The translations under genes and the position numbers were made by a program. DNA of 32,965 nt from the NCBI GenBank assembly GCA_047617145.1, contig JBLGCF010000003.1, positions 1-32,965 on the forward strand, read 5' to 3'. The number at the start of each line of letters is the position of its first letter. The first letter of the stretch is position 1. Shown piece after piece: positions 1 to 10,497 of the stretch. Origin of the DNA: Thalassomonas sp. GTDB taxonomy: Bacteria > Bacteroidota > Bacteroidia > Flavobacteriales > BACL11. The notes under the pieces are model-generated. The model saw nothing but the letters and a program-made list of their open reading frames with translations, did not search any database and was not told the origin of the DNA.

Positions 1-2
1 AA

Positions 3-125
3 CATACTATCACAAACACAGAAAAACACAGCCTAAAAAGAAACAACAAAGCAGCAGGAGTGTACTTTGTGGAAATAGAAGTGGAACAGCAAGAAAAAGT
101 AATTTTTAAGCTGATTGTAGAGTAA
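3..125 (+). CDS. 3' end of a T9SS type A sorting-domain (CTD) protein, truncated by the window edge
   Basis: Not in the ORF track. Frame 3 reads HTITNTEKHSLKRNNKAAGVYFVEIEVEQQEKVIFKLIVE* (TAA 123-125), matching the GxYxVxI...KLIVE terminal pattern of T9SS CTDs. A terminator follows. Confidence 0.8.
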   Translation, partial: HTITNTEKHSLKRNNKAAGVYFVEIEVEQQEKVIFKLIVE

Positions 126-145
126 AAATACAAACCCAAAAAATG

Positions 146-178
146 AAAAAAGGTGCTATTTGTTTTAGCACCTTTTTT
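146..178. terminator. Rho-independent terminator, potentially bidirectional
   Basis: AAAAAAGGTGCTA-tttgttt-TAGCACCTTTTTT is a perfect 13-bp inverted repeat including the A and T tracts, 20 nt after the CTD stop. Confidence 0.85.
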
Positions 179-300
179 AGTGGGTATAAAATTCACATAA
201 AAAAGGAATAATATTAACAGCTGTTTATTAGGATAAAAACAAGAATTTAAAATAGGCAAAAAAAAAATGAATACAATTTTACTTTTGATTAATAAATTGC

Positions 301-308
301 TACATTTG
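301..308 (+). promoter_or_regulatory. Bacteroidota -7 promoter element for the ribosomal superoperon
   Basis: TACATTTG matches TAnnTTTG exactly, 25 nt upstream of the rpsL ATG, with AT-rich sequence upstream. Confidence 0.75.
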
Positions 309-333
309 CCGCCCATTTTAGTAAAGATATAAT

Positions 334-711
334 ATGCCAACAATACAACAATTAGTAAGAAAAGGAAGGACTAGTATTCAGAAAAAGAGTAAGTCGTTAG
401 CCTTAAAAAGCTGCCCTCAAAGAAGGGGAGTATGTACTAGGGTTTATACAACAACACCTAAAAAGCCAAACTCAGCATTACGTAAAGTAGCTAGGGTAAG
501 GTTGACAAATGGTAATGAGGTAAACGCTTACATTGGAGGGGAAGGACACAATCTTCAAGAGTATTCTGTAGTGCTAGTAAGAGGAGGAAGAGTGAAGGAT
601 TTGCCAGGGGTAAGGTACCACATTGTTAGGGGTGCTTTAGATACTTCAGGGGTAAGTGAAAGAACTCAAAGAAGATCAAAATATGGGGCTAAAAAACCTA
701 AGAAGAAATAA
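334..711 (+). CDS. rpsL: 30S ribosomal protein S12
   Basis: [21 protein letters not shown] and [10 protein letters not shown] motifs. Confidence 0.99.
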   Translation: MPTIQQLVRKGRTSIQKKSKSLALKSCPQRRGVCTRVYTTTPKKPNSALRKVARVRLTNGNEVNAYIGGEGHNLQEYSVVLVRGGRVKDLPGVRYHIVRGALDTSGVSERTQRRSKYGAKKPKKK

Positions 712-724
712 TATATAATAAGTA

Positions 725-1195
725 ATGAGAAAGAAAAGAGCCAAGAAAAGAATATTGTTGCCAGATCCAAGATTTGGTAGCTCTCTAGTTACAAGATTTG
801 TAAATAATCTAATGTTAGACGGTAAAAAGAATACTGCTTTTAAAGTATTTTATACCGCTTTAGATAGTATTGCGGCCAAAATGGAGGAAGAAGAAGCATT
901 AGTAGTGTTTGAAAAAGCATTAGATAATGTATCTCCTCATGTTGAAGTAAGATCAAGAAGAATTGGAGGGGCAACTTTCCAAATTCCTCATCCAGTAAGA
1001 GAGGATAGAAGAGTTTCTTTAGGGATGAAGTGGATGATTGCTGCAGCTAGAAAAAGAAATGAAAAAACTATGGATGCTAAGTTATCAGCTGAGTTGATGG
1101 CTGCTTTTAAGGAGGAAGGTACTGCTTATAAAAAGAAGCAAGATACGCACAGAATGGCGGAAGCGAATAAAGCATTTTCACACTTTAGATTTTAA
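725..1195 (+). CDS. rpsG: 30S ribosomal protein S7
   Basis: RRIGGATFQIP and HRMAEANKAFSHFRF motifs, str operon position. Confidence 0.99.
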   Translation: MRKKRAKKRILLPDPRFGSSLVTRFVNNLMLDGKKNTAFKVFYTALDSIAAKMEEEEALVVFEKALDNVSPHVEVRSRRIGGATFQIPHPVREDRRVSLGMKWMIAAARKRNEKTMDAKLSAELMAAFKEEGTAYKKKQDTHRMAEANKAFSHFRF

Positions 1196-1201
1196 TTAGA
1201 A

Positions 1202-3301
1202 ATGGCAAGAGATTTAAATTATACAAGAAATATTGGTATTGCAGCTCATATTGATGCTGGGAAAACCACTACTACTGAAAGAATCCTTTATTATGGAGGA
1301 GTTTCTCATAAAATTGGAGAAGTACATGATGGTGCTGCTACAATGGATTGGATGGAGCAAGAGCAAGAGAGAGGGATTACAATTACTTCTGCTGCTACTA
1401 CTTTAACTTGGGAATATAGAGGTGATGATTACCATGTAAATATTATTGATACTCCAGGGCATGTTGATTTTACTGTTGAAGTAAACAGATCGTTAAGAGT
1501 GTTAGATGGTTTAGTTTTCTTATTTTCTGCTGTTGATGGTGTTGAGCCGCAATCAGAAACAAACTGGAGATTAGCTGATAATTACAGTGTGCCAAGAATT
1601 GGTTTTGTAAATAAAATGGACCGTCAAGGGGCTGACTTTTTAAAAGTTTGTCGCCAAGTAAAAGAAATGTTAGGTTCTCATGCATTACCATTACAGATTC
1701 CTATTGGAGCTGAAGATGAGTTCAAGGGTGTGGTTGATTTAATCAACTTTAAAGCGATTGTTTGGAATGAGGAGGATCAAGGAATGACTTTTAAAGAAGT
1801 TGAAATTCCTGCAGATATTATTGATGAGGCAAGAGAATTCAGAGGGCAGTTATTAGAAGCTGTAGCGGAGTTTGACGAGTCGTTAATGGAAAAGTATTTT
1901 GAAGATGAAAATTCTTTAACTGAAGCTGAGATTTTAGCAGCTTTAAGAGAGGCTACTATTTCTGGGAAAGTAATTCCTATGATGTGTGGTTCTGCATTTA
2001 AGAATAAAGGTGTACAGGCAATGTTGGATATGGTAATGGAAATTTTACCTTCTCCACTTGATGTTGAAGCAATTATTGGGAAAAACCCTGATACTGATGC
2101 TGAGGAAAGTAGAAAGCCTTCTGCTGATGCTCCTTTTGCTGCTTTGGCTTTTAAAATTGCAACTGACCCTTATGTAGGTCGTTTGTGTTTTACAAGAGCT
2201 TATTCAGGTTGTTTGGATCAAGGTACTTTTATCTTGAATACAAGAACTGGTAAAAAAGAGAGAATTTCTCGTATTTACCAAATGCATGCTAACAAGCAAA
2301 ATCAGATTGATAAATTAGAGGCTGGAGATATTGCAGCTTTAGTTGGATTTAAAGATATTAGAACTGGAGATACTTTATGTGATTTGAAAAATCCTATTGT
2401 ATTGGAGTCTATGGATTTTCCAGACCCAGTAATTGGTATTGCTATTGAGCCAAAAACTCAAAAGGATTTAGATAAATTAGGAGTTTCTTTAGGGAAGTTA
2501 GCGGAAGAGGATCCTACATTTACAGTTAAAACTGATGAAGATTCAGGTCAAACAATTATCTCAGGAATGGGTGAGTTACACTTGGAAATCATTATGGATA
2601 GATTAAAACGTGAGTTTGGTGTAGAATGTAATGAAGGTGCTCCTCAGGTAGCATATAAGGAGTCAATTACTACTGCAGTTGATCATAGAGAAGTGTTTAA
2701 AAAACAATCAGGGGGTAGAGGTAAATTTGCTGATATTAAGTTTGAATTATCTCCTGTTGATGCTGACTTTGAAGGTGAAGGGTTGCAATTTGAGAACATG
2801 ATTAAAGGGGGTAATATCCCTAAGGAATTTATTCCTTCAGTTGAAAAAGGATTTAAAATGGCCATGGTTAATGGAGTATTAGCTGGTTTCCCATTGAATA
2901 CATTGAAAGTAAGGTTGTATGATGGTTCTTACCATGATGTGGATTCTGATGCATTATCATTTGAATTATGTGCTAAGATTGCATTTAAAGCTGCTTGTAA
3001 ACTAGCTAACCCTAAAATTCTTGAGCCAATTATGAAATTATCTGTTATTACTCCTGAAATAAACATGGGAGATGTAATTGGAGATTTAAATAGAAGAAGA
3101 GGACAAGTTGAGGGAATGGACGATAAAGGAGGTGCAAAAGTTGTTACTGCAAAAGTACCATTGTCAGAAATGTTCGGATACATTACAGATTTAAGAACAA
3201 TTACTTCAGGAAGAGCAACTTCAACAATGGAATTCTTTGATTTTGTTGAAGCACCAAAAAATATTTCAGAAGACGTAATTAAAAAAATTAAAGGAGAATA
3301 A
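1202..3301 (+). CDS. fusA: Elongation factor G
   Basis: [19 protein letters not shown] and NKMD GTPase motifs, 699 aa. Confidence 0.99.
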   Translation: MARDLNYTRNIGIAAHIDAGKTTTTERILYYGGVSHKIGEVHDGAATMDWMEQEQERGITITSAATTLTWEYRGDDYHVNIIDTPGHVDFTVEVNRSLRVLDGLVFLFSAVDGVEPQSETNWRLADNYSVPRIGFVNKMDRQGADFLKVCRQVKEMLGSHALPLQIPIGAEDEFKGVVDLINFKAIVWNEEDQGMTFKEVEIPADIIDEAREFRGQLLEAVAEFDESLMEKYFEDENSLTEAEILAALREATISGKVIPMMCGSAFKNKGVQAMLDMVMEILPSPLDVEAIIGKNPDTDAEESRKPSADAPFAALAFKIATDPYVGRLCFTRAYSGCLDQGTFILNTRTGKKERISRIYQMHANKQNQIDKLEAGDIAALVGFKDIRTGDTLCDLKNPIVLESMDFPDPVIGIAIEPKTQKDLDKLGVSLGKLAEEDPTFTVKTDEDSGQTIISGMGELHLEIIMDRLKREFGVECNEGAPQVAYKESITTAVDHREVFKKQSGGRGKFADIKFELSPVDADFEGEGLQFENMIKGGNIPKEFIPSVEKGFKMAMVNGVLAGFPLNTLKVRLYDGSYHDVDSDALSFELCAKIAFKAACKLANPKILEPIMKLSVITPEINMGDVIGDLNRRRGQVEGMDDKGGAKVVTAKVPLSEMFGYITDLRTITSGRATSTMEFFDFVEAPKNISEDVIKKIKGE

Positions 3302-3312
3302 TTAATATAGCT

Positions 3313-3621
3313 ATGGCACAGAAAGTTAGAATAAAATTAAAATCGTTTGATCATACATTAGTAGATCAATCAGCTGAGAGAATCGTTAAGACTGTAAAAA
3401 GTTCAGGAGCAATTGTTAGTGGTCCAATTCCATTACCAACGCATAAGAAAATCTATACAGTATTGCGTTCACCTCACGTAAATAAGCAAGCTAGAGAGCA
3501 ATTTCAATTAGCTAACCATAAAAGATTAATGGATATCTATAGTTCTTCATCAAAAACAATTGATGCATTGATGAAGTTAGAATTGCCAAGTGGAGTTCAT
3601 GTTGAAATTAAAGTAATTTAA
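3313..3621 (+). CDS. rpsJ: 30S ribosomal protein S10
   Basis: GPIPLPT and RSPHVNK motifs. Confidence 0.99.
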   Translation: MAQKVRIKLKSFDHTLVDQSAERIVKTVKSSGAIVSGPIPLPTHKKIYTVLRSPHVNKQAREQFQLANHKRLMDIYSSSSKTIDALMKLELPSGVHVEIKVI

Positions 3622-3632
3622 AAAAGAAAAAG

Positions 3633-4247
3633 ATGCCAGGTTTAATAGGTAAAAAAGTAGGAATGACATCTATCTTCTCTGAAGAAGGTAAGAATATTCC
3701 ATGTACAATATTAGAAGTAGGACCGTGTAAGGTTACTCAAGTAAAAACTGAAGAGGTTGATGGTTATAGCGCTATTCAATTAGGTTTTTCTGAGCAAAAA
3801 GAAAGTAGAGTTTCTAAAGCTGCTTTAGGTCATTTCAAAAAAGCGGATTCAGCTCCTTTGAAAAAATTAGTTGAATTTCCAGCAGATTCTGATGTTGCTT
3901 TAGGTGATGTTCTAAATGTTGATGTTTTTGAAGAAGGTGATTTTGTAACTGTAACAGGAACTTCTAAAGGTAAAGGTTTTCAAGGTGTAGTTAAGCGTCA
4001 TAATTTTAGAGGTGTTGGTGATGCAACACACGGTCAGCACAACAGGTTGCGTGCTCCAGGTTCTATTGGTGCAGCTTCTTATCCAGCAAGAGTATTCAAA
4101 GGAATGCGAATGGCTGGGCAAATGGGTAACGAGAGAGTGAAAGTTGAAAACTTACAAGTATTAAGAGTTTTAGCAGATAAAAATATGATAGTAGTTAAAG
4201 GAGCTGTTCCTGGAGCTAATAATTCATACATAATAATAGAGAAATAA
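3633..4247 (+). CDS. rplC: 50S ribosomal protein L3
   Basis: [15 protein letters not shown] and RAPGSIG motifs. Confidence 0.99.
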   Translation: MPGLIGKKVGMTSIFSEEGKNIPCTILEVGPCKVTQVKTEEVDGYSAIQLGFSEQKESRVSKAALGHFKKADSAPLKKLVEFPADSDVALGDVLNVDVFEEGDFVTVTGTSKGKGFQGVVKRHNFRGVGDATHGQHNRLRAPGSIGAASYPARVFKGMRMAGQMGNERVKVENLQVLRVLADKNMIVVKGAVPGANNSYIIIEK

Positions 4248-4870
4248 TGAAATTAGCAGTACATAACATTACAGGAAAAGAGACTTCTAAGAAAGTTGAT
4301 TTAAGTAAAGATGTATTTGGTGTAGAACCAAATGATCATGCTATTTACTTAGATGTAAAGCAATACTTAGCTGCCCAAAGATCTGGAACGCATAAAGCAA
4401 AAGAAAGATCAGATGTTAAGGGTAGTAGGAGAAAGCTAAGGAAGCAAAAAGGAAGTGGTGCTGCCAGAGTTGGTGATATCAAAAATCCATTGTTTAGAGG
4501 TGGGGGTAGAGTATTTGGACCAAGACCAAGAAAATATGACTTTAAAGTAAATAAAAAAGTGAAGCGTTTAGCACGTAAATCGGCACTTTCTTACATGGCT
4601 AAAGATAAGAATATCATTATTTTAGAGGACTTCTCTTTTGATGCTCCTAAGACTAAAGAGTATATTGATTTCTTAACTAATTTCGATCAGCTAGATAATA
4701 AAACGGTATTAGTGCTTGCTGAGTCAAATAAAAATATATTTTTGTCATCCCGTAATTTAAAGAAGGCAAAAGTGGTATTAGCTTCAGAATTAAACACTTA
4801 TGATGTTATGAACGCTAATAAATTGATGGTTATGGAATCGTCAATCAATGAAATAGAGAAGAATTTTTAA
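4247..4870 (+). CDS. rplD: 50S ribosomal protein L4
   Basis: KQKGSGAAR and GGGRVFGPRPR motifs, TAATG overlap with rplC. Confidence 0.99.
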   Translation: MKLAVHNITGKETSKKVDLSKDVFGVEPNDHAIYLDVKQYLAAQRSGTHKAKERSDVKGSRRKLRKQKGSGAARVGDIKNPLFRGGGRVFGPRPRKYDFKVNKKVKRLARKSALSYMAKDKNIIILEDFSFDAPKTKEYIDFLTNFDQLDNKTVLVLAESNKNIFLSSRNLKKAKVVLASELNTYDVMNANKLMVMESSINEIEKNF

Positions 4871-4880
4871 TATTTAAGTG

Positions 4881-5171
4881 ATGAGTATTATAAAAAAACC
4901 GGTAATTACCGAAAAGATGACAGAAGCAAGCGAGAAATATAATCGTTTTGCCTTTGTTGTAGACAGAAAAGCAAATAAAATTGAAATCAAAAAAGCTGTT
5001 GAACAGATGTTTGATGTAACAGTTGATTCAATTAGAACTATGGTTTGTATAGGAAAGAAAAGAGCGAGAGGAACTAAGTCAGGTATGATTGTTGGAAAAA
5101 CAGCAACTTACAAAAAGGCGATAGTAACATTAGCTGAAGGAGATTCTATAGATTTTTATAGTAACATTTAA
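4881..5171 (+). CDS. rplW: 50S ribosomal protein L23 (ATG 4881 preferred over GTG 4878)
   Basis: PVITEK, ANKIEIKKAVE and KKAIVTL motifs. Confidence 0.97.
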   Translation: MSIIKKPVITEKMTEASEKYNRFAFVVDRKANKIEIKKAVEQMFDVTVDSIRTMVCIGKKRARGTKSGMIVGKTATYKKAIVTLAEGDSIDFYSNI

Positions 5172-5180
5172 TTTAGAGAA

Positions 5181-6008
5181 ATGGCATTAAGAAAATTTAA
5201 CCCAACAACTCCAGGTCAGAGACATAAAGTAGCAATTACTTTTGAAGAAATTACTACAGCTAGACCAGAGAAGAGTTTATTGGCTAAGAGAAAAAGATCA
5301 GGAGGTAGGAATGATACTGGTAAGATGACTATCGAGAATATCGGTGGAGGTCATAAAAAGAGATACAGAATTATTGATTTCAAAAGAAATAAATTTGGTA
5401 TTCCTGCTAAAGTTGCTACTATTGAATACGATCCGAACAGAACAGCTAATATTGCATTATTGCATTATGTTGATGGTGAAAAAAGATACATGCTTGCACC
5501 TGCAGGTTTAGAAGTTGGAATGGAAGTTCTTTCTGCTAAAGATGCTGCAATTAAAGTAGGAAACACTTTACCTTTAAGTGAAATTCCTTTAGGTACTGTA
5601 ATTCACAATGTTGAATTAAAGCCTGGTCAAGGAGCTATTATGGTAAGAAGTGCTGGTTCTTATGCACAACTTATGGCAAGAGATGGTAAGTATGCTACTG
5701 TAAAATTAGCATCAGGAGAAATTAGAAGAATTTTAGTTACTTGTTTAGCTACTATTGGTTCAGTTTCTAATCCTCAACATCAATTACAAGTTTCTGGTAA
5801 AGCAGGAAGAAGTAGATGGCAAGGAAGAAGACCAAATGTTAGAGCAACAATTAAAAATCCAGTTGATCATCCAATGGGTGGTGGTGAAGGGAAGCATTCT
5901 GGAGGGTTACCAAGAAATAAAAATGGTGTACCAGCTAAAGGGTTTAAGACAAGAGATAAGAAGAAAACTTCTGATAAGTATATAATTGAAAGAAGAAAAA
6001 AGAAATAA
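5181..6008 (+). CDS. rplB: 50S ribosomal protein L2
   Basis: [15 protein letters not shown] and [12 protein letters not shown] motifs. Confidence 0.99.
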   Translation: MALRKFNPTTPGQRHKVAITFEEITTARPEKSLLAKRKRSGGRNDTGKMTIENIGGGHKKRYRIIDFKRNKFGIPAKVATIEYDPNRTANIALLHYVDGEKRYMLAPAGLEVGMEVLSAKDAAIKVGNTLPLSEIPLGTVIHNVELKPGQGAIMVRSAGSYAQLMARDGKYATVKLASGEIRRILVTCLATIGSVSNPQHQLQVSGKAGRSRWQGRRPNVRATIKNPVDHPMGGGEGKHSGGLPRNKNGVPAKGFKTRDKKKTSDKYIIERRKKK

Positions 6009-6011
6009 TTT

Positions 6012-6281
6012 ATGGCTAGATCGTTAAAAAAAGGACCATTTATTCACTACAAATTACAGAAGAAAGTTGATGTAATGAATGAGTCAGGAAAAAATTCAGT
6101 AATCAAAACTTGGTCGAGAGCATCTATGATATCTCCTGATTTTGTTGGAAAAACAATTGCAGTGCATAATGGAAGACAATTCATTCCTGTGTTTGTAACT
6201 GAAAATATGGTAGGACATAAATTAGGTGAGTTTTCTCCAACAAGGACTTTTAGAGGTCATGGAGCTAATAGAAAAAAATAA
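6012..6281 (+). CDS. rpsS: 30S ribosomal protein S19
   Basis: RSLKKGPF and [13 protein letters not shown] motifs. Confidence 0.99.
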   Translation: MARSLKKGPFIHYKLQKKVDVMNESGKNSVIKTWSRASMISPDFVGKTIAVHNGRQFIPVFVTENMVGHKLGEFSPTRTFRGHGANRKK

Positions 6282-6285
6282 GTAA

Positions 6286-6696
6286 ATGGGAGCTAGAAAA
6301 AGAATAAAAGCAGACGAAATGAAGGAAGCGAGAAAAAAAATCGCTTTTGCTAAATTGAATAACTGTCCAACTTCACCAAGAAAAATGAGGTTGATAGCTG
6401 ACTTAATCAGAGGGATGAATGCTGATAAAGCCTTAGCGGAATTAAAGTTGAATCCAAAAGAAGCTTCAGGAAGAATGGAGAAACTTTTGTTATCAGCTTT
6501 AGCAAACTGGGAAACTAAAAATGAAGGGCAAAGAATGGATGAAGCTAACCTTTATGTATCTGAAGTTACAGTTGATGGTGGTAGAATGTTAAAAAGAGTT
6601 CAGCCAGCTCCTCAAGGTAGAGCACATAGAATTAGAAAAAGATCTAACCATGTTACTTTAGTGGTAGATAGTAGACAAATAGAGACAATACAATAG
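6286..6696 (+). CDS. rplV: 50S ribosomal protein L22 with Bacteroidota-type N-terminal extension
   Basis: [14 protein letters not shown] and [14 protein letters not shown] motifs. Confidence 0.99.
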   Translation: MGARKRIKADEMKEARKKIAFAKLNNCPTSPRKMRLIADLIRGMNADKALAELKLNPKEASGRMEKLLLSALANWETKNEGQRMDEANLYVSEVTVDGGRMLKRVQPAPQGRAHRIRKRSNHVTLVVDSRQIETIQ

Positions 6697-6697
6697 T

Positions 6698-7402
6698 ATG
6701 GGACAAAAGACAAACCCAATTGGGAATAGATTAGGTATCATCAGAGGATGGGAATCAAACTGGTATGGTGGTAAAGATTTTGGTGATAAATTAGCAGGTG
6801 ATGCTAAAATCAGAAAATACTTAAGAGTTAGATTAGCAAAAGGAAGTGTTTCTAAAATTGCGATTGAAAGAACACTTAAGTTAGTAACTATTACTATTCA
6901 TACGGCTCGTCCTGGTATCATTATTGGTAAAGGAGGACAAGAAGTTGAGACGTTAAAAGAAGAAATCAAAAAAATTACAGATAAAGATATTCAGATTAAT
7001 ATTTTTGAAGTAAAAAGACCTGAACTAGAAGCTACTTTAGTTGCGGATAGTATTGCAAGACAAGTTGAGGGTAGAGTTTCTTATAAGAGAGCTACTAAAA
7101 TGGCGATTGCATCTACAATGAGGATGGGAGCTGAAGGAATTAAGGTTCAAATCTCTGGTAGATTGAATGGTGCTGAGATGGCACGTTCTGAAATGATGAA
7201 AGATGGAAGAACTCCTTTACATACTTTTAGAGCTGATATTGATTATTCTCTAGCTGAAGCACATACTCAGTATGGTGTTATCGGAATTAAAGTATGGATT
7301 TGTAGAGGTGAGGTTTATGGTAAGCGTGACTTAATGTTACACTTCAAAGCTCCTAAGAAAAAATCAGGTGGAGGAGGTAACCCAAATAATAGAAGAAGAT
7401 AG
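6698..7402 (+). CDS. rpsC: 30S ribosomal protein S3
   Basis: [15 protein letters not shown] domain [10 protein letters not shown] and [11 protein letters not shown] motifs. Confidence 0.99.
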   Translation: MGQKTNPIGNRLGIIRGWESNWYGGKDFGDKLAGDAKIRKYLRVRLAKGSVSKIAIERTLKLVTITIHTARPGIIIGKGGQEVETLKEEIKKITDKDIQINIFEVKRPELEATLVADSIARQVEGRVSYKRATKMAIASTMRMGAEGIKVQISGRLNGAEMARSEMMKDGRTPLHTFRADIDYSLAEAHTQYGVIGIKVWICRGEVYGKRDLMLHFKAPKKKSGGGGNPNNRRR

Positions 7403-7430
7403 TTTTTAGAACTTAGAAAAGAATTAAGAA

Positions 7431-7853
7431 ATGTTACAACCAAAGAAAACAAAATTCAGAAAGATGCAAAAGGGCAAGATGAAAGGAAATGCCCAAAGAG
7501 GACACCAGTTGTCTTTTGGGTCTTTCGGAATTAAAGCTCTTGAGGAATGTTGGATGACTGCTCGTCAGATTGAAGCAGCCAGAATTGCAGTTACTCGTCA
7601 TATGAAAAGACAAGGTCAAGTTTGGATTAGAATTTTCCCTGACAAACCAATCACTAAAAAACCTGCAGAGGTAAGGATGGGTAAGGGTAAAGGAGCTCCA
7701 GAATATTGGGCAGCAACTGTAAGTCCAGGAAGAATGCTTTTTGAATGTGATGGTGTAGATATAGAGACGGCAAAAGAAGCATTGCGTTTAGCAGCACAAA
7801 AATTACCAATCAAAACTAAATTTGTAGTCAGAAGAGATTTACAAAAAAATTAA
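7431..7853 (+). CDS. rplP: 50S ribosomal protein L16
   Basis: QIEAARIA and EVRMGKGKG motifs. Confidence 0.99.
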   Translation: MLQPKKTKFRKMQKGKMKGNAQRGHQLSFGSFGIKALEECWMTARQIEAARIAVTRHMKRQGQVWIRIFPDKPITKKPAEVRMGKGKGAPEYWAATVSPGRMLFECDGVDIETAKEALRLAAQKLPIKTKFVVRRDLQKN

Positions 7854-7855
7854 AG

Positions 7856-8053
7856 ATGAAAGCACAAGTATTAACAGATATGCCCGAAAATGAACTTCAC
7901 GATCTTTTAGCGATTGAAAGAGAGAAGTTAATTAAAATGAAAATGAGTCATGCAGTTTCTCCAATGGAGAACCCTTTGCAAATCAAATTTACAAGAAAAA
8001 TGATTGCAAAAGTGATGACAGAACTTTCAAAAAGAAGAAATACTTCAAAATAA
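7856..8053 (+). CDS. rpmC: 50S ribosomal protein L29
   Basis: Position between rplP and rps[20 protein letters not shown] pattern. Confidence 0.96.
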   Translation: MKAQVLTDMPENELHDLLAIEREKLIKMKMSHAVSPMENPLQIKFTRKMIAKVMTELSKRRNTSK

Positions 8054-8058
8054 TAAAG

Positions 8059-8313
8059 ATGGAAAGAAAAGAAAGAAAAGAAAGAATAGGTGTTGTTACC
8101 TCAAGCAAAATGGAGAAATCTATTGTTGTTGCTATCGAAAGAAAGGTAAAACATGCTTTATATGGTAAGTTTTTGAAGAAAACTTCAAAGTTTGTAGCTC
8201 ATGATGAGGAAAACTCTTGTAATGAAGGGGATACTGTTAGAATCATGGAAACAAGACCTTTAAGTAAAAGCAAGAACTGGAGACTAGTAGAAATTATAGA
8301 AAGAGCTAAATAA
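8059..8313 (+). CDS. rpsQ: 30S ribosomal protein S17
   Basis: [12 protein letters not shown] and [11 protein letters not shown] motifs. Confidence 0.99.
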   Translation: MERKERKERIGVVTSSKMEKSIVVAIERKVKHALYGKFLKKTSKFVAHDEENSCNEGDTVRIMETRPLSKSKNWRLVEIIERAK

Positions 8314-8681
8314 TGATACAACAAGAATCAAGAGTAAAAGTAGCTGACAATAGCGGTGCTAAAGAAATCCTTTGTATTAGAGTATTAGGAGGAACAAAAA
8401 AGCGTTACGCTTCAGTTGGTGATAAAGTTGTAGGTACAGTAAAACATGCTATGCCTTCAGGAAATATTAAAAAAGGACAGGTTGTAAAAGCTGTTATAGT
8501 AAGAACTAGAAAAGAGGTAAGAAGACCTGATGGATCTTATATTCGTTTTGGTGATAACGCTTGCGTTATTATTGATGAAAACGGACAAATGAAAGGTACT
8601 CGTGTATTCGGCCCTGTTGCTAGAGAATTACGTGACAATGATTTTATGAAAGTTGTTTCATTAGCACCAGAGGTGTTATAA
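8313..8681 (+). CDS. rplN: 50S ribosomal protein L14
   Basis: VADNSGAK and [13 protein letters not shown] motifs. Confidence 0.99.
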   Translation: MIQQESRVKVADNSGAKEILCIRVLGGTKKRYASVGDKVVGTVKHAMPSGNIKKGQVVKAVIVRTRKEVRRPDGSYIRFGDNACVIIDENGQMKGTRVFGPVARELRDNDFMKVVSLAPEVL

Positions 8682-8692
8682 ACTAAAGGAAA

Positions 8693-9016
8693 ATGGCAAA
8701 AATTAAGATAAAAAAGAACGATACAGTTATAGTAACTACTGGAAACTCTAAAGGAGTAACGGGTAAAGTTATTAAAGTATATCCTACGGAAAACAGAGCA
8801 ATGGTTGAAGGTGCTAATTTAGCATCAAAGCATACAAAACCAAATGCTGCTAATCCTCAAGGAGGAATCGTAAAGCAAGAGGCTAAGATTCATATTTCTA
8901 ACTTAGTATTGATTGATCCTACATCAGGAGAAGCTACTAAAATAGGTAGAAAATTGGATGAGAAGTTAGGTAAAATAGTTAGATATTCTAAAAACTCAGG
9001 AGAAGTAATTAAATAA
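8693..9016 (+). CDS. rplX: 50S ribosomal protein L24
   Basis: KOW-like N-terminus and [14 protein letters not shown] motif. Confidence 0.99.
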   Translation: MAKIKIKKNDTVIVTTGNSKGVTGKVIKVYPTENRAMVEGANLASKHTKPNAANPQGGIVKQEAKIHISNLVLIDPTSGEATKIGRKLDEKLGKIVRYSKNSGEVIK

Positions 9017-9789
9017 TGGAATACACACCAAGATTAAAGCAAAAGTACCAAACTGAGGTTGTAAACAACCTTAAAGGGAACTATAAATCAGTAATGGAAG
9101 TACCAAAACTTGTTAAGATTTGTCTTAACCAAGGTATTGGGAGTGCAGCATCTGATAAAAAACAAATTGAAGCAGCACAAAATGAGATGACTATGATTAC
9201 AGGTCAGAAATCTGTGCTTACTAAATCAACTAAAGATATTTCTAACTTTAAGTTAAGAAAAGGGATGCCTGTAGGTGTAAGAGTAACTTTAAGAGGGAAT
9301 CAAATGTATGAATTCTTAGATAGATTTGTTACTTCTACATTACCAAGGGTTCGTGATTTTAATGGACTTTCTGATAAAGGTTTTGATGGAAGAGGTAATT
9401 ATACTATGGGTATTAAAGAACAAATTGCTTTCCCTGAGATCAGTATTGATAAGATTAACAAAATAACAGGTATGGATATAACTTTTGTTACGGATACTAA
9501 TTCAGATGATGATGCTTTAGCACTATTCAAGGAATTAGGATTGCCATTTAAAAAGAATGATGCTGTTGAAAAAGCAAGAGAAGAGCAGCTAGAGAAAGTA
9601 AGAAAAGAAGAAAGAAGAGAAGCAGAAGAAACTGCAAAAGCTGAAGCATCAGAAGAAGAAGAGAAAAAAGAAGCAGATAGAAGATCTGGACTTTCTCAAG
9701 AAGAACGAGACAAAGAAGATACAGATTTAGAAGAAAATAAAGATAATAATGAAGGGTCGGCTGAGGCTGCTAATTCAGAAATCAAATAA
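9016..9789 (+). CDS. rplE: 50S ribosomal protein L5 with a 77-aa acidic C-terminal extension
   Basis: ITGQK, FKLRKG, LPRVRDF and FDGRGNY motifs. The core ends at GLPFKK (aa 180) and the frame stays open to aa 257. Confidence 0.98.
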   Translation: MEYTPRLKQKYQTEVVNNLKGNYKSVMEVPKLVKICLNQGIGSAASDKKQIEAAQNEMTMITGQKSVLTKSTKDISNFKLRKGMPVGVRVTLRGNQMYEFLDRFVTSTLPRVRDFNGLSDKGFDGRGNYTMGIKEQIAFPEISIDKINKITGMDITFVTDTNSDDDALALFKELGLPFKKNDAVEKAREEQLEKVRKEERREAEETAKAEASEEEEKKEADRRSGLSQEERDKEDTDLEENKDNNEGSAEAANSEIK

Positions 9790-9792
9790 TTT

Positions 9793-10062
9793 ATGGCAAA
9801 AGAATCAATGAAAGCTCGTGAAGTTAAAAGAGCAAAATGTGTTGCAAAGTATGCTGAAAAAAGAGCTGCTTTAAAAGCTGCAGGTGATTATGAAGGATTA
9901 CAAAAATTACCTAAAGATGCATCTCCAGTGCGTTTGCATAATAGATGCAAACTTACAGGTAGACCAAAAGGGTACATGAGACAATTTGGTATCTCTCGTG
10001 TTATGTTTAGAGAAATGGCAAACTTTGGATTAATTCCAGGGGTGAAAAAAGCAAGTTGGTAA
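9793..10062 (+). CDS. rpsN: 30S ribosomal protein S14, 89-aa form without the zinc ribbon
   Basis: [14 protein letters not shown] and GVKKASW motifs, no CxxC pairs. Confidence 0.99.
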   Translation: MAKESMKAREVKRAKCVAKYAEKRAALKAAGDYEGLQKLPKDASPVRLHNRCKLTGRPKGYMRQFGISRVMFREMANFGLIPGVKKASW

Positions 10063-10083
10063 TTTAATAAAGAATAAGAAAAG

Positions 10084-10485
10084 ATGTTTACAGATCCAAT
10101 AGCAGATTATTTAACTAGAGTTAGAAATGCTCAGATGGCAGGACACAAAGTTGTTGAAATTCCTGCGTCTAATATGAAAAAAGCGATTACGAAAATTCTT
10201 CATGAGAAAGGTTATATCCTTAACTTTAAATTTGAAGAAACAGAAAATAATCAAGGTAATATTAAAGTTGCATTGAAATACAATATGCAAACAAAGTTAC
10301 CAGCAATTAAAAAAATAACAAGAATAAGTAAGCCAGGACTTAGAAAGTATGCTGATTCTAAAACATTACCAAGAGTAATTAATGGTTTAGGTATTGCTAT
10401 TCTTTCTACTTCAAAAGGTGTTATTACTGATAAAGAAGCAAGAAATTTAAATGTTGGTGGGGAAGTTATTTGTCACGTATATTAA
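10084..10485 (+). CDS. rpsH: 30S ribosomal protein S8
   Basis: DPIADYLTRVRNA, SKPGLR and STSKG motifs. Confidence 0.99.
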   Translation: MFTDPIADYLTRVRNAQMAGHKVVEIPASNMKKAITKILHEKGYILNFKFEETENNQGNIKVALKYNMQTKLPAIKKITRISKPGLRKYADSKTLPRVINGLGIAILSTSKGVITDKEARNLNVGGEVICHVY

Positions 10486-10497
10486 TAAGATAAAGAA

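Noticed and set aside
216-267. Palindrome AACAGCTGTT (216-225) and an A10 run (258-267) upstream of the rpsL promoter
   Set aside because: Both are short, single-copy and plausible by chance in AT-rich DNA. The A-run may be just an UP-like element.
3301-3313. tuf absent between fusA and rpsJ, and no S10 leader
   Set aside because: This is the normal Bacteroidota arrangement, with tuf located elsewhere.
5755-5985. 76-aa same-strand alternative-frame ORF inside rplB
   Set aside because: It has a TTG start and no recognisable motif, and the rplB frame is intact, so no frameshift is needed.
8686-8692. AAGGA before rplX as a Shine-Dalgarno site
   Set aside because: It is too short and too close to the ATG, and the other starts show only A-rich leaders, as expected for Bacteroidota.
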